Source of the DNA: Octopus vulgaris
Lineage: Eukaryota
Direction of reading: 5' to 3'
Length of the DNA: 64,000 nt
Assembly: GCA_951406725.2 (NCBI GenBank)
Contig: OX597816.1
Location: forward strand, 97,650,001-97,714,000
Shown here in pieces: positions 28,051 through 40,482 of this stretch (the first letter of the stretch is position 1; every line of letters begins with the position of its first letter). The position numbers were made by a program, and so were the translations under genes. The notes under the pieces were generated by a model. That model made no database searches. It was not told where the DNA came from and worked only from the letters and a program-made list of their open reading frames with translations.

Positions 28051-30085
28051 AAACTGAAACAGAAATTTAGTAGTTTACATGACAGGCTGAGGGAACAACT
28101 TAAGGATTGCCTTAATGGAGGAATAATACCAGATTGGAGGACTAGAGGGAGGATAATACGTATTATGAAGGATAAGATCAAAAGTAATACAGCTAGCAAG
28201 TATAGACGAATAGCTCTCTTATCATAAGTGTGGAAACTGTTGACAAGAATATTTTCAGAAAGCATTTGCCAGCACCTTGACAACCAGATATTACTACCAG
28301 AAGAACAGAGATGGTTGCAGGAAGAAAGCCAGAGGAACGCATGAGCTCTTATTTATAGATAAAGCAGTTCTAAATGGAGTACGACCTAGAAAGAAAAATT
28401 TAACAATAGCATGGATAGATTATAGGAAAACCTTATGACTCATGGATAAGTCAATGTTTGAGTATGTTCAGTATTGCAGACAACATAAGAGAATTAATTA
28501 GCTTTAGCGTGAAGGAAATTGAAAGTAGGTCTATACTTAGGTGACACACTCTTGGGTAAAGTTAATATTGAAAGAGGGATTTTTCAGGGGTCTCGTTGTA
28601 CCCTTTAATATTTGTTTTATGCTCGATTCCCTTCAGTTTGTATCAAGAAAGGTAAAGGCAGGGTATCTGTTCAGAAATAGTAATGCGAAATTTAAGCAAA
28701 GGTGTAGGCATGGAATTTAGTGTAGATAAGCGTGCAATATTCGTCATGAGAAGGGGAAGGTAGTCAACAGCGAAGATTATGTAACTGGCGAGAGAAGGCA
28801 TTGTATAGTAGATTCCCAAAGGTAGTTTCAGCAAATTATTGTAGTGAGATATGTTTATGGCTGCAGAAGTGAAATAATAATAATAATAATTATGTGAATG
28901 GAATAAAATCCAAGCAGTTAATACATGGGCGTTAGCATCATTTTGGTATGGAGCGGGAATTATAACACATGGCAAAAGAGAGAAAAAAGACCAGAAAAAT
29001 ATTGACAGTACACAAAGCGACACCAATCGGTTGTACTTGTCCGAAAGAAAAGGTGGGTGGGAGGTCTGATAAGCTACAACAACTGTATTGAAGCAGAGAA
29101 AAACAGCCTAGTGTGGTATATAAAAAATGCCGTGGAGCCACTTTGAAAGGCACGAAGTAGGCTGGCGTCATGAAAACTGAAATCTGTGTAACTAAAGAAA
29201 AAATTTAACAAGAAATGAACAAAACAAGAAAATCATGTAAAGAAAAGAAAATGTACGATCAATTTGCAAGAGATGTGAACGCGAAGACAGATACAGAGGA
29301 CCGGTGGCTATGGATGAAGAGGAGTGACCTGAAGATAGAGACAGTCGCACCCATATGCGCTGCTCAGCCAGAAACGTTAATGACCAATTATATGAAGTGC
29401 AGAATAGACACCACTACCGACAGCGGCAAATACAGAGTATGTGGTAATAGAGGTGAAAAGGTATGATACATCTTTAGCGAATGCCCTAAATTGGCACAAC
29501 GCGAATACAAAAGATGCCATGACAATGTGGCAAAAATTATCTATTGGGAGCCCTGTGGAAATCACGACATACAAAGAGCAAAGACGTGGTATGAGAAAAC
29601 TCCAGAAGGAGTCACCGAAGTTGCAAAATCCTTTGGGATTCAATGATATAGTGACCAGATATCGGAAACCGGATATTGCTTTGGTGAACAAAAGAGAAAG
29701 AACATGTATTATAATCGACATAGCATGCTCCGGTGACAATGTGAAAACATTAGTGTGAAAGAAGAAAATGTAGTCAACTATGACGATTTAAAGTGGGAAA
29801 TACGAATGTTGTAGTCAATGAAGAGAGTAGATGTGCTACTAATAGTAATTGTTGCACTTGGCTGTATCAGCACTCAGCTACCAGCATGGCTGAAAGAGAT
29901 TGGTGCAAGTGTGGAGGTAGAACAACTACAACAATCAGTATTGCTGGAAACTGCAAGACTTTTTCGTAGGGTTTGTGAAGCATGACTAGTAAACAAGTGT
30001 CCACTTAATCACCTGGATGCAGGCAGCTGATACTTTCCATCATTTCAGCAAAATAAGCTCTAAGTATTCATATAATACTAATAAC
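28051..30085 (+). mobile_element. R4/Dong-like LINE (family B), RT to 3' end, degraded with internal deletions
   Basis: YRRIALLS..WKLLTRI, RKKNLTIAWIDYRK, WLWMKRSDLKIETVAPICAAQ, YRVCG..E..HIFSECPKLAQREYKRCHDNVAK, RKPDIALV...IIDIAC, VLLETARL. Tail taatactaataacaat. Confidence 0.88.
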
Positions 30086-30368
30086 AATGATTTCCTTTAT
30101 CTGCCACAGGGGCAGAGGATGAGGGGGACAATACAAAGACAGACATAAAGTGTGGGGGGTTTACATATAATAGCATATATTGAAAAAGAAGGGACATATG
30201 CATACCATAAAAAGGTTTAAGAAAAATATGGGAAGGGATCATAGAGGTGTGGCCCTCCTGATACAGCTAATACTTCACTTAACATTCCTGCATTAATGAC
30301 CGTCGAAATATCGTTGAATTTGGATTTCGTCATAAAAAATGTACGAGAAATATGTTATGGAGTAAATA

Positions 30369-30509
30369 TAAGGTTGTCCCAAAAGTTCGTAGAAAGTTTT
30401 GGAAAATAATGGTCTTTATTTTGAGGAATAATTTTTGTTGATTTTGTTAGTACTTGGCGAGTAAAAATTCAATTTTCGCAAGTGTTTACGAACTTTTGGG
30501 ACAACCTAA
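30369..30509. mobile_element. 141-bp Tc1/mariner-type MITE
   Basis: Perfect 21-bp inverted repeat aggttgtcccaaaagttcgta (30371) / tacgaacttttgggacaacct (to 30507), with TA on both flanks. Confidence 0.9.
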
Positions 30510-31104
30510 TACTACTGCAGCAAACATGAATATTTTGACGGAGTAATTTTTTCCGAAATTATATACTAATTTGCATAATTAACGTAATATTTTTCTTCTC
30601 AACGTAATATTTTCCTTCTTTTCTTCTAATTTGTGATAATTTGCAATGAGTATTGAAGTGCTTGCGAGAATACAAAAATTATTAGTTATTTGATCTGGCA
30701 ATAAGAAGTAATTTCAAACAATATCATGTAGGCTATATCAAACGATTTGCACTTATGCAAAATTTTGACCTTTCCGCTACAGAGCTCAAACATTACTGTC
30801 TAAATCTTCAAACATTTGCTCATTTACACACACACACACACATACACACACACACACACATACACAAGTATAGTTCTAAGCTTGCATCTGATTCTATGTG
30901 AGCGCGTTTGTTGGAATTGAAGAAGTTAAATCGCAACAAATTCCTGAGAGCAATTAAGGTCATAAAGAGCTTTCTCTTAACTTGTTTTACTTTGAACATG
31001 GGAAACAATCTTTCATCGCAACCAACTGTTCGAATTGCAGCCAAATGGCTGTATTCGTTAATATGAAATCATAAAGCATAAATCTACCACAGCATATGTG
31101 AATT

Positions 31105-31425
31105 CGCATGGTTCAGCGGTTAGAGCGTCGGGCTTACAGTTGTGTGGTTGTGAGTTTTGATTCCCAGACTGGGTTGTGTGTTGTTTTCTTGAACAAGACA
31201 TTTTCTTTCATGTTACTCCAGTTCACTCAGCTGTAGAAATGAGTTGCAACGTCACTGGCGCCAAGCTGTACCGGCCTTTGCCTTTCCCTTGGATAACATT
31301 GTTGGCATGGAGAGGGGAGACAGGTAGGCATGGGTGATTGCCGAACTTGTACTTCGGAGAGGAACTTTCTAGGTGCAATTCCATGACCATTCATGCCTAA
31401 AGGGGTTCTTTACCCTTTTATCTTT
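31105..31425 (+). mobile_element. tRNA-derived SINE family C
   Basis: gcatggttcagcggttagagcgtcgggc (A box) ... gttttgattccc (B box), body ttgaacaagaca...ccagttcactcagctg, tail ttacccttttatcttt. Confidence 0.8.
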
Positions 31426-32249
31426 AGCCTATCAGAGAATATACCGAAATGTTTGAAATAACTATTTTGACCATTTCCAGAGCTAATTATTCATAATACT
31501 TGTTTATCGGCATCCAGAGTTAAAGTGCAAAACGTAAGGATGTAGCGAAAGCATTATTAAACATTTTTATCGTTAGCGTGTCAATTCAATGTCACATGAT
31601 ATTTAGTCGGTTGATATCCCCGACTAATATTCAACTCATAGGGAGGATATATTCCAATCTTTCTTAACCCACAATAAACAAAACGATCACCGACTGCGGG
31701 ATACACTTTACAACGAAAATTTCAGATATTATCCTAGAATATGAGATAAAGAAAGTGTAAATATCAGTAATTATCAATATGGACTAAGAAAAAGAAATGC
31801 TTCTTTCCTTGTACGAAGGGAGGCAAACATGTATATTTTAATTACTTTCTCTTTGAAAATCAACCATGCGCATCTAGGCAATATATGTCAGTCATAGACA
31901 GAGAAACTCGTGTATAAATATATGTGATTCTGTGTGTGTGTTTGTGTGTGTCAGTGTATGTATGTGTGTGTACACGCGCGCGCGTGTTCTTGTGTGCAGC
32001 CAATAATCACTGCAACAGAAATACTTGAAAGCTAGTTATGCATCAGAACATGTGAGATGACATTTGTTTTCAGAGATACGCTTTGGGCATCATGACGCCA
32101 ACGTTGCAACATAGTCGTTGCTTTTGATATCATGTTGCCGATCAAATCTAGTTTTCCAAAGAGACCATTTAACTTTACTGAATAGTTACAATATTTAATG
32201 GCATATGAAGTATTTCATTACATAAAATATTGATATCGTACATTATATA

Positions 32250-32314
<65 letters not shown>

Positions 32315-32974
32315 GGGGGGAAGAGATGATGTGAAACTTTGTCCGTCGACGTTGAAAATTCAGTTGCTTCATCAGTTGGAATACATTCTCACGAATTAAT
32401 GCGTAAGGAGTTGAGCATTCTGCTGAGCTGACACTTGTGCAATTCATGTAGTTCTTAGTCGAATACATGTGAAGACGTCTATAATTGCGAAAACAAACCA
32501 ACATTTACACAGATTCCTTTGAGATTGTTTTATCCACATGTGTGGGACAAGATAATGTAACATAAAAAACTCAAAAGAATATTTGTCCAAGTGTACGTAC
32601 ATACCTATGTACGTACGTACATACATGGTATAAATATGTATGTATGTATATATATATATATATATATTCGTCTAGTTTAGCTTGGGCAATAGTCTCATAA
32701 TGTACTCTTAAAAGCTCCCTTGCTTTTAGCTGTAGGCTACTTGTTAATTCCATTGACAAAATCAAATCATCATCACGACACTTTCCATTGAAAATAATAC
32801 AATAAAAGAACAGGCAAGATAATATTCATATTACTGATAGCGTCTTCGACAACATTTCTTGCTGATAGCAATTTACTTCTATTTAGATGATAGAATTGGA
32901 GATGATGATCTATCAGCTATTATAAGTCCTACGTTTGCCTCTTCCCTTCCAGATCATTTATATTTAATTTGAAA

Positions 32975-34180
32975 GTTCCCTTGCAAGGTAACTCCAAGAG
33001 AAAATCAGAGAGCAACAATACCTATTTTTTCTTATTTTCTATGAATTAGAAAAGGCTTTTGAAAGGGTTTCAATGTGTAAGGTTCTTCATCGTTTTGGAT
33101 GTCCTGATCACATTATCTTTTTGATTCAAGCAATGCATGGCATTACGTCTGGACGTGTATTCCACCAAAACATGCTCACAGAAGAATTTCCAATCACATG
33201 CGGATGAAAGCAATGTTGTGCCTTGGAACCTACGCGATTCTCCGTGTATCTGGTTACAATGCTTCACGACGTTCCCCCAGACAATCTAGGAGTTGACATC
33301 AGATATCGATATCATAGACTTCTCAATCTTAGTAGACAACGATCTAAACATCTAACACACATGCAACGCGTCTCAGAACTTTAATATGCTGATGACAACG
33401 CTGCCCTCTGTCAGAAAAAGGAAAACGCCAACGGCTTGTGGACAATTTCGCTGTGGCCTACCATCACTTCGACTTTACAGAAAGCATCAATTAAGCCAAG
33501 GTCCTTGCACAACCAGCTCCAAACATCACCTTGATAAATCATGATGTTACTATCTCAGATACACCTTTCGGAAAAGTAGAGCATTTTCTATATCTAGGAA
33601 GCCTTGTATCAAAAACGTGCATCTCAGAAAAGGATTGGAGCTGCAAACGGGGCATTTGGATAGTTAACCAAACGCATCGTTCAATCTTGAGCATCAAATG
33701 GGAACACTATGTATACCCGCAATCAAAGAATCAAATCGCTGATCACAAAATACCGTCTTTGATGGTCAGTATATGTAGCAAGAATAGAATAATCAAGGTT
33801 ACCACACCAAGTCTTCTTCAGTGAGCTGACCACGGTGTTGCCTTTTTCGAAGATACACGGACCAACTCAAAGAAGCCCTGAAAGCCGCTGGAATTGAGAG
33901 GCTAACTCCTTTGAAACACAAGACCGAGACCGTATCAAGTGGCGGTGTTCCATTACCATCTCAACCAAAAACCTCGAAGCCACCACAAAAGAAATGGAAG
34001 AAATCAAACGCCAGAAGAGAAATGCTCGAGAAAATCAACCTCATCCTCCAACAACACTGCCATGCAGTCAATGCCATCGACTCTTCTATGCAAGAAATGG
34101 TCTGCAAAGTCATCAACGGCATTACCATGAAGGAAGCGTTCCGCAAAGAAGAGTATACTCTGATACGAGATGAAGCCAAT
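32975..34180 (+). mobile_element. RTE-clade LINE 3' fragment, degraded
   Basis: LEKAFE (DLxKAFD-like), YADDN at about 33385, KVEHFLYLGSLVSK, and C-terminal C2H2 PCSQCHRLFYARNGLQSHQRH at about 34062-34125. Confidence 0.8.
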
Positions 34181-34491
34181 GACGAATTTCAAGTTAACGA
34201 ACCGTAAAACTCTCAATGTCATCCGTTGGCTGTTGTCTAAAGTTTTACAGATTTTATGTTCTGTAATGCCCCGCGAAGCTAGGTTTGTATGCATTAATAC
34301 TTACTACAATTCTACCTATCATCTATTTAAGAAGGTGTACTGTTTATTTATATGATTTCTGCCTTCCCTATTTACTAATAATTTTCTAGTTCAGTTGCCC
34401 TTTTTAATTTGCCCCGGTGATCTTTAAGTGGCATTAATCTCTTCTGTGAATCTACTTTTGTATACACATTGATTAATATTGGTGATACATA

Positions 34492-34905
34492 TACTCTTTA
34501 CTCTTTTACTTGTTTCAGTCATTTGACTGCGGCCATGCTGGAGCACCGCCTTTAGTCGAGCAAATCGACCCCGGGTCTTATTCTTGGTAAGCCCAGTACT
34601 TGTTCTATCGGTCTCTTTTGCCAAACCGCTAAGTGACGAGGACGTAAACACACCAGCATCGGTTGTCAAGCAATGCTAGGGGGACAAACACAGACACACA
34701 AACATACACACACACATACATATATATAAATATAAATATATACGACAGGCTTCTTTCAGTTTCCGTCTACCAAATCCACACACAAGGCATTGGTCGGCCC
34801 GGGGCTATAGCAGAAGACACTTGCCCAAGATGCCACGCAGTGGGACTGAACACGGAACCATGTGGTTGGTAAGCAAGCTACTTACCACACAGCCACTCCT
34901 GCGCC
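34492..34905 (-). mobile_element. tRNA-derived SINE family A, full length
   Basis: tactctttactcttttacttgtttcagtcatttgactgcggcc ... ccacacagccactcctgcgcc. Confidence 0.92.
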
Positions 34906-35644
34906 TATATATTGAATTAATTGTGATTTTAAACTTACTAGATAAGGTTCACTTTTTAATATTTAATTATCAATTATAGTGTACCCAGAAAATTGAACCC
35001 AACAATTGGGGTACTATATTAATGCATTAAATAATTTTTCCTTCGTGTATTTCCGAGATAGATTCTAACGAACTGTTACACACACACACACACACACAAA
35101 CACAAACACACACAAACACACAAATACACGTACATACATATACGTATATGCATAAATGCGCATACACATGCTTACACACACACGCACATATATATACACA
35201 CATATGCTTTTATATATATATATGCAAACTAGAATTAGAAAAGAAAATTCGCATTATCTATTTATCATCACCCGTGTTTCATCTTCCAATAGGAGTTACA
35301 AATTTGTAATTTCAGGAAAAACATGTAATATATCTCCTATTTGATTTACTTTAGGCATCGAATCAAATAGAATTATTTGATATATTACATACTTTTTCTT
35401 ACATTTACTATGTGTGTAACTGCTAGTATCAAAGGAAAATTACGTAATAGTGAATAATTAATACCGACAATATTCTCCAATATCCTCTTTTGTATATAAT
35501 TACTCTGCAAGTATTATTTTCCAGCATGCATCAACACTTATGCATACCTCGTACAAGTATAATAATATCTGCATACAATTTTGGAGTATAGGAATATGTG
35601 GATGGGATTCACAAGGACACATCTTGAAAGCCTATCTGCATATA

Positions 35645-36888
35645 CAGAGTGGTATCAAAATGTTCTCAGAGTAGTTCTGTACCGCAGCAACAGATTGTGA
35701 CGCACAGTTGCGTGTGCAGTGAGAGCTAGCAGTGACATTAATGAGGTAGTGTGCCAAGTGATATAGTTGTGTTAACAAGTGGTGAAATTGTGTTTCTGTG
35801 ATCAAATGTATACCGTAGTTTGCGATCTTCTCATAAACAAGAAGTTGGAACATGAAATTTTGCATTTAACTTGGAAACTTGGGAAGGCTGCTACAGAGAG
35901 ATTAATCATGCTTTGGCAAGTTAACGGCCATGAGGAAATGGGTCGTACGCAATGTTTCAAGTGAGACAGTTGCTTCAAAAGTGGAAGACCGTCCCTGGAA
36001 GATGAGGAACGATCTGGAAGATCTGCCACGAGCAATGTGGAGATAATTCATCAACTTGGGCCTGAAGATTGTCGGAGGACAATCAACGACATTGCTGATG
36101 TTGTTGGTCTGTCGTATGGGTCAGTGCAGGCAATTCTGACGCTTTTGTTGAACAAACAGAAAGAACATCGCGTGAAAGACTGTCAAGATCTCCATCAGCG
36201 TACCGCCGATGACCCATTCTTCATATCGAGAATCATCAATGGTGACGAGAGTTGGGTCTAAGGGTACGACATAGACGAAGCGGCAGTTGTCACAATGGAA
36301 GAGCCCTTCATCTCAAAGGAGGCACCACAGAGTCTCAGCTTAATCAAGAGCAAGTTTATTGTTATTTTCGACATCCGCGGTATTGTACATCGAGAATTTG
36401 TCCCCCAGGGCCACACCAACAATCGAGAGTTCTACTGTGACGTTTTGAAACGTTTGAGTGAGGACATTCGGTGAAAGTGACCGGAACTGTGGAGCGTAAA
36501 GTATTGGATTCTTCACAGCGACAATGCTCCCTGTCACCAAGTTCTCACTCGTGAGTTTCTAACCAAAAACAATATGGTATCATTTCTGCACCCGACCTAT
36601 GAACCAGATATGACACCTGCAGACTTACGTCTCTTCCTCAAGACACAAATGCGGCTGAAAGGTCGCATTTTAACACCGTTGCTGAGATCCAGAGCGAATA
36701 ATAGAAGGTCCTCAACTCGCTTTCGCAAAACAACTTCCAGGTCAGATTAAAAAATGGGAAGGAACGCTGGGACCAGTGTGTTGCTGTGCAAGGTGACTCT
36801 TTCGAAAGAGAGGATGCTAAAACATAGGTAAATAAGTGAATTTTTTATTAAATATAACAAGTCTGTGAGCTTTATGATACCACGTTCC
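35645..36888 (+). mobile_element. Mariner DNA transposon, full length, heavily degraded
   Basis: Imperfect TIRs gtggtatcaaaatgttctcaga / tctgtgagctttatgataccac with TA flanks. Transposase remnants RRTINDIADVVGLSYGSVQAIL, INGDESWV, HSDNAPCH, HPTYEPDMTPADL. Confidence 0.9.
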
Positions 36889-37227
36889 TATATTTATATA
36901 TGTGTATGTGTGTGCACGTGTGTGTGTGTGTGTGCATGAGCGTGCGTGCGTGTGCTTGAATGTATATGCGTGTGTGTATGTTTGTGTGTGTTTGTGTGCG
37001 TGTGTATATAGTATATATAAACAAAAGTCTCGATTTTTATAGACATGATATTTAGCGTACTTGTATTTCAGAAACCAGTCTCCTAAACAATGACATCTGA
37101 AAGATACCGTAACTTAATATAAACTCTCTGTAACGATAAAATTTTATCTCGAATTGAGTATTAACACAACTATAGAGGTTTTAGCAAACATACAGGCATA
37201 TATACCTTTGCATCTATGTACACCTGA

Positions 37228-37321
37228 TGTACGTATGTATGTATGTATGTATGTATGTATGTATGTATGTATGTATGTATGTATGTATGTATGTATGTAT
37301 GTATGTATGTATGTATGTATG

Positions 37322-37355
<34 letters not shown>

Positions 37356-37371
37356 TGTATGCATGTATGTA

Positions 37372-37415
<44 letters not shown>
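37228..37415. repeat. (TATG)n-(TA)n microsatellite; inverse (CATA)n-(TA)n at 37765-37920
   Basis: Seen directly. Confidence 0.95.
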
Positions 37416-37416
<1 letters not shown>

Positions 37417-37839
37417 TAAGGTACACTTTAGGCCTTGACCTAAAGAGTAGCCTGCGGCATACACCTCGCTTGGATATTCACGGCTTCCGAAGTACCGTTT
37501 GCTATGTAACATAAGTAACTAATTCATGTTCTCTATTCCTTAACTCTTGGATTTTTATTTGCACACCTGGCAACCCTTGCTTCCTACTGTGAAATCTAAT
37601 ATAATTTTTTCAGCTTATTGTACTTCGATACAAATAATCCATAACCTACCACTCCAAGAAACCGCTATTGTTCCTGAAAGTGGGCTTTTAAAAATATTTT
37701 CATCATATTGCTTGAATTTCACTCTTCTACTACACCTGGATCCTTGGATACTACATTTATAAATATATATATACATATACATGCATACATACATACATGC
37801 ATGCATGCATACATACATACATGCATGCATACATGCATG

Positions 37840-37920
<81 letters not shown>

Positions 37921-37925
<5 letters not shown>

Positions 37926-38130
37926 TAATCCAAACAAGAAAGCACAAAAAAACAACAACGCGAGGACGTGCAACAAATATAGTATTATTGGACGCTCAGG
38001 AAAGAAGGAAAGAAGGAGGGTTTAACGTTTCGGGCGGAGCTCTTCGTCGGAAACATAGGAGAAGGAAAGATCCAGAGAAGTGAAGACAGAGAAAAAAAAT
38101 CGCCAACGGTACACACGAGGTCACATTTTG
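37921..38130 (-). mobile_element. Short Penelope-like pLTR-type repeat (family 1)
   Basis: Homologous to 10990-11190; abuts (TA)n ending at 37920. Confidence 0.65.
38020..38054 (-). ncRNA. Minimal type I hammerhead ribozyme motif
   Basis: Minus strand GTTT-CCGACGA-AGAGC-TCC-GCCC-GAAA-CG-TT-AAAC. Stem I GTTT/AAAC, palindromic stem III ACGT. Confidence 0.62.
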
Positions 38131-38855
38131 AAAAAAAAAATATATCAATCAAAAGGCTGTCTTATAAAAATAATCCGCACATACAATAACAGCCATACCA
38201 AAAATCCAACACACGCCCATCATCAGCTACACTAAATAGTGCGTCATCAGCACTAACGTAAGTGTTGTTTGTGAGCAAACATACATTAGATATCACCACA
38301 CTCATTCAATCTTAATTCTAGGAAGGATTAAACTCTAACATTAATAAGCAAACTACATCAAATAAATCTCATGCACAAAAACAGTATCGGTAAATTAATA
38401 ATTCTATAAGTAAATCTATGTCTAATTTCTAAATAACAACCTAGCCCTTGAACTCCATACAGATAATATTCCTACAAGTATTCCATAGTTATTATTATAA
38501 AAGTGAAAGCTTCTATGTTCTATTCCTACTAAAACAAATCAAACTTAGCTAATAATATAATTCTAAGTGAATTATACTATTTCATATCCCCAAAGTTAAT
38601 AATCAAAACACTCCATACGTATTTAATATATGTTATCCTTACATGATTTAATGATAAACTTATACTAGTAATTAATAGATAATACTAAAGTATCCTTATT
38701 AAACCAGAAGCTAATAAAAGAATACCTATAATTAACAATTATTATTAAAACCTTGCTACGATTAAAGCAAAATATATAACCCTTTAAAATCAAGGTATTA
38801 CCACTTACATGTTACCTGGACACACGAGGTTCAAGTCAACTGTTTTCTCAAAGGA

Positions 38856-38980
38856 CTATTTGGTTGCGTGGTGCGTAGTCCAATGCTTCCTCAAATGTCT
38901 TAACTATCAGGTGACATAGTGCGTAGTCCTCTATTTTCTCAAATGTCTTTAACTATTTTGGTGACGTAGTACGCATTTTG
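38856..38980. repeat. Minisatellite, about 48-bp unit, about 2.5 copies
   Basis: actat..ggt..c.t.gtgcgtagtcc...tt.ctcaaatgtctt unit repeated in tandem. Confidence 0.85.
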
Positions 38981-39109
38981 ATTGACCTGCAAACAGTCCA
39001 AATATCGACAACCTAGAATCCAGGGCACTACCTAAACACAGAGGTCCCACTCAAGTACATATGTCCCAATGCATCTACGTGACGATATGAAGAGGAAGGT
39101 TAGCTTCAG

Positions 39110-39166
39110 TGTTAGTTTTTAGGGTTAGTTTTAGGGTTAGTTAGCGTTAGGGTTAAGATTAGGGTG
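39110..39166 (+). repeat. Degenerate interstitial TTAGGG-like tract
   Basis: gttagtttttagggttagttttagggttagttagcgttagggttaagattaggg. Confidence 0.8.
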
Positions 39167-39189
39167 TCATTACACGTCCACGCAGCGTA

Positions 39190-40482
39190 CGAGGGACGTT
39201 CAATAAGTAATGCCTCTGACCCACTTGCAGTTGTTTGATCTAGCTGAAATTGTGCATGTGCAATCATTTATATCTCTATAGAGTAAGTGGCAAATTACAG
39301 AAGCTCTGAATTAATTGTGGTTTCTGATTTACAGGTGTTTGAACCGAGTCAAGTGTGAAATGGAGCCTGTTGAGTATCGAGCAGTGATCCGGTTTTTGTA
39401 TTTGAAAGGACGCACACCACGGGAGACTTTTGATGAAATGAAAGTAACTTATGGTGATGATGCCCCATCATATGACCTTGTAAAACGCTGGCATCGTGAA
39501 TTCAAACATGGTCGGAACTCTGTGGAAACAGCTCCCAGATCTAGTCGCCCCTTCTGCCATTGTTGAGGCATCTGTCCGTCAAGTTGAGGCTGCCATTTTG
39601 GAAGATCGACGCATAATTATTCGCCAAATAGCCCATGAGGTCAAGATTAGTACCGGGTCTGTGGAAACTATCATTCATGACCATTTGCATATGCAAAAGG
39701 TGTCTGCCAGATGGATGCCCAGGTTGCTCACGCCTTTCCAGAAGCAAGAACGCGTCGAGTGCTCGAGGGTGAATTTGGAGATGTGCCAAGAAGATGAGTC
39801 AAACTTTTTCAAAAGACTCATTACACAGGATGAAACCTGGGTCCATCACGATGATCCAGAGACCAAAGGCCAGTCAATGCAGTGGAAGCACCGTGACTCA
39901 CCCCCTCCAAAGAAGGCAAGTGTGCAGCCCTCCGCTGGCAAGGTCATGCTCACAGTCTTCTGGGACCAGGACGGAGTAGTGATGACATATTTCTTGGCAA
40001 AGGGTACCACAATTGCAGGAGCCTATTATGCTTCACTTTTGAGGAAATTAACAGAAGTTATCAAAATCAAGAGGCGGGGCAAGATCAGCAAAGGCATCAT
40101 CCTTCTGCAGGACAACACTCCGGTCCACAACTCGCTTGTCGCCAGATCGGAAGCACAGGCGTATGGCTATGAACTCCTCCCCCATCCCCCTACTTTCCTG
40201 ACCTTGCACCCTCTGATTTTCACCTCTTCCCAGTCATGAAGTTGTTTTTGAAAGGAAAGCGTTTCCCAGATGATGCAGCCTTGATTTCTGAAGTCACGTT
40301 CAGGTTGGAGGACCAAGCTGGGGTCTTCTACAAAAACGGTCTCCAGAGCTGCATCAAACAATGGGAGAAATGCGTAACTCTGGGTGGTTCCTATGTAGAA
40401 AAAGACTAATAACTTTGCCAAGTTTCGTTGCTCTACTGCTATGGGAAGTGGGTCAGGGGCATTACTTATTGAACGCCCCTCG
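39190..40482 (+). mobile_element. Mariner DNA transposon (irritans/Himar1-like), full length, well preserved
   Basis: TIRs cgagggacgttcaataagtaatgcctctgacccactt / aagtgggtcaggggcattacttattgaacgcccctcg (2 mismatches), TA at 39188-89 and 40483-84; 1293 bp. Confidence 0.97.
39360..40409 (+). pseudogene. Mariner transposase with two frameshifts (about 39550 and 40190)
   Basis: MEPVEYRAVIRFLYLKG, WMPRLL, ITQDETWV, LQDNTPVH, HPP/YFPDLAPSDF, C-terminus KQWEKCVTLGGSYVEKD*. Confidence 0.95.

Noticed and set aside
38215-38255. Two CTGATGA boxes flanking a hairpin on the minus strand
   Set aside because: No GAAA or stem III/UH follows, so it cannot be called a hammerhead.
39110-39166. True telomere or chromosome fusion site
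   Set aside because: Short, degenerate, one orientation only, and embedded in ordinary repeat-rich DNA.
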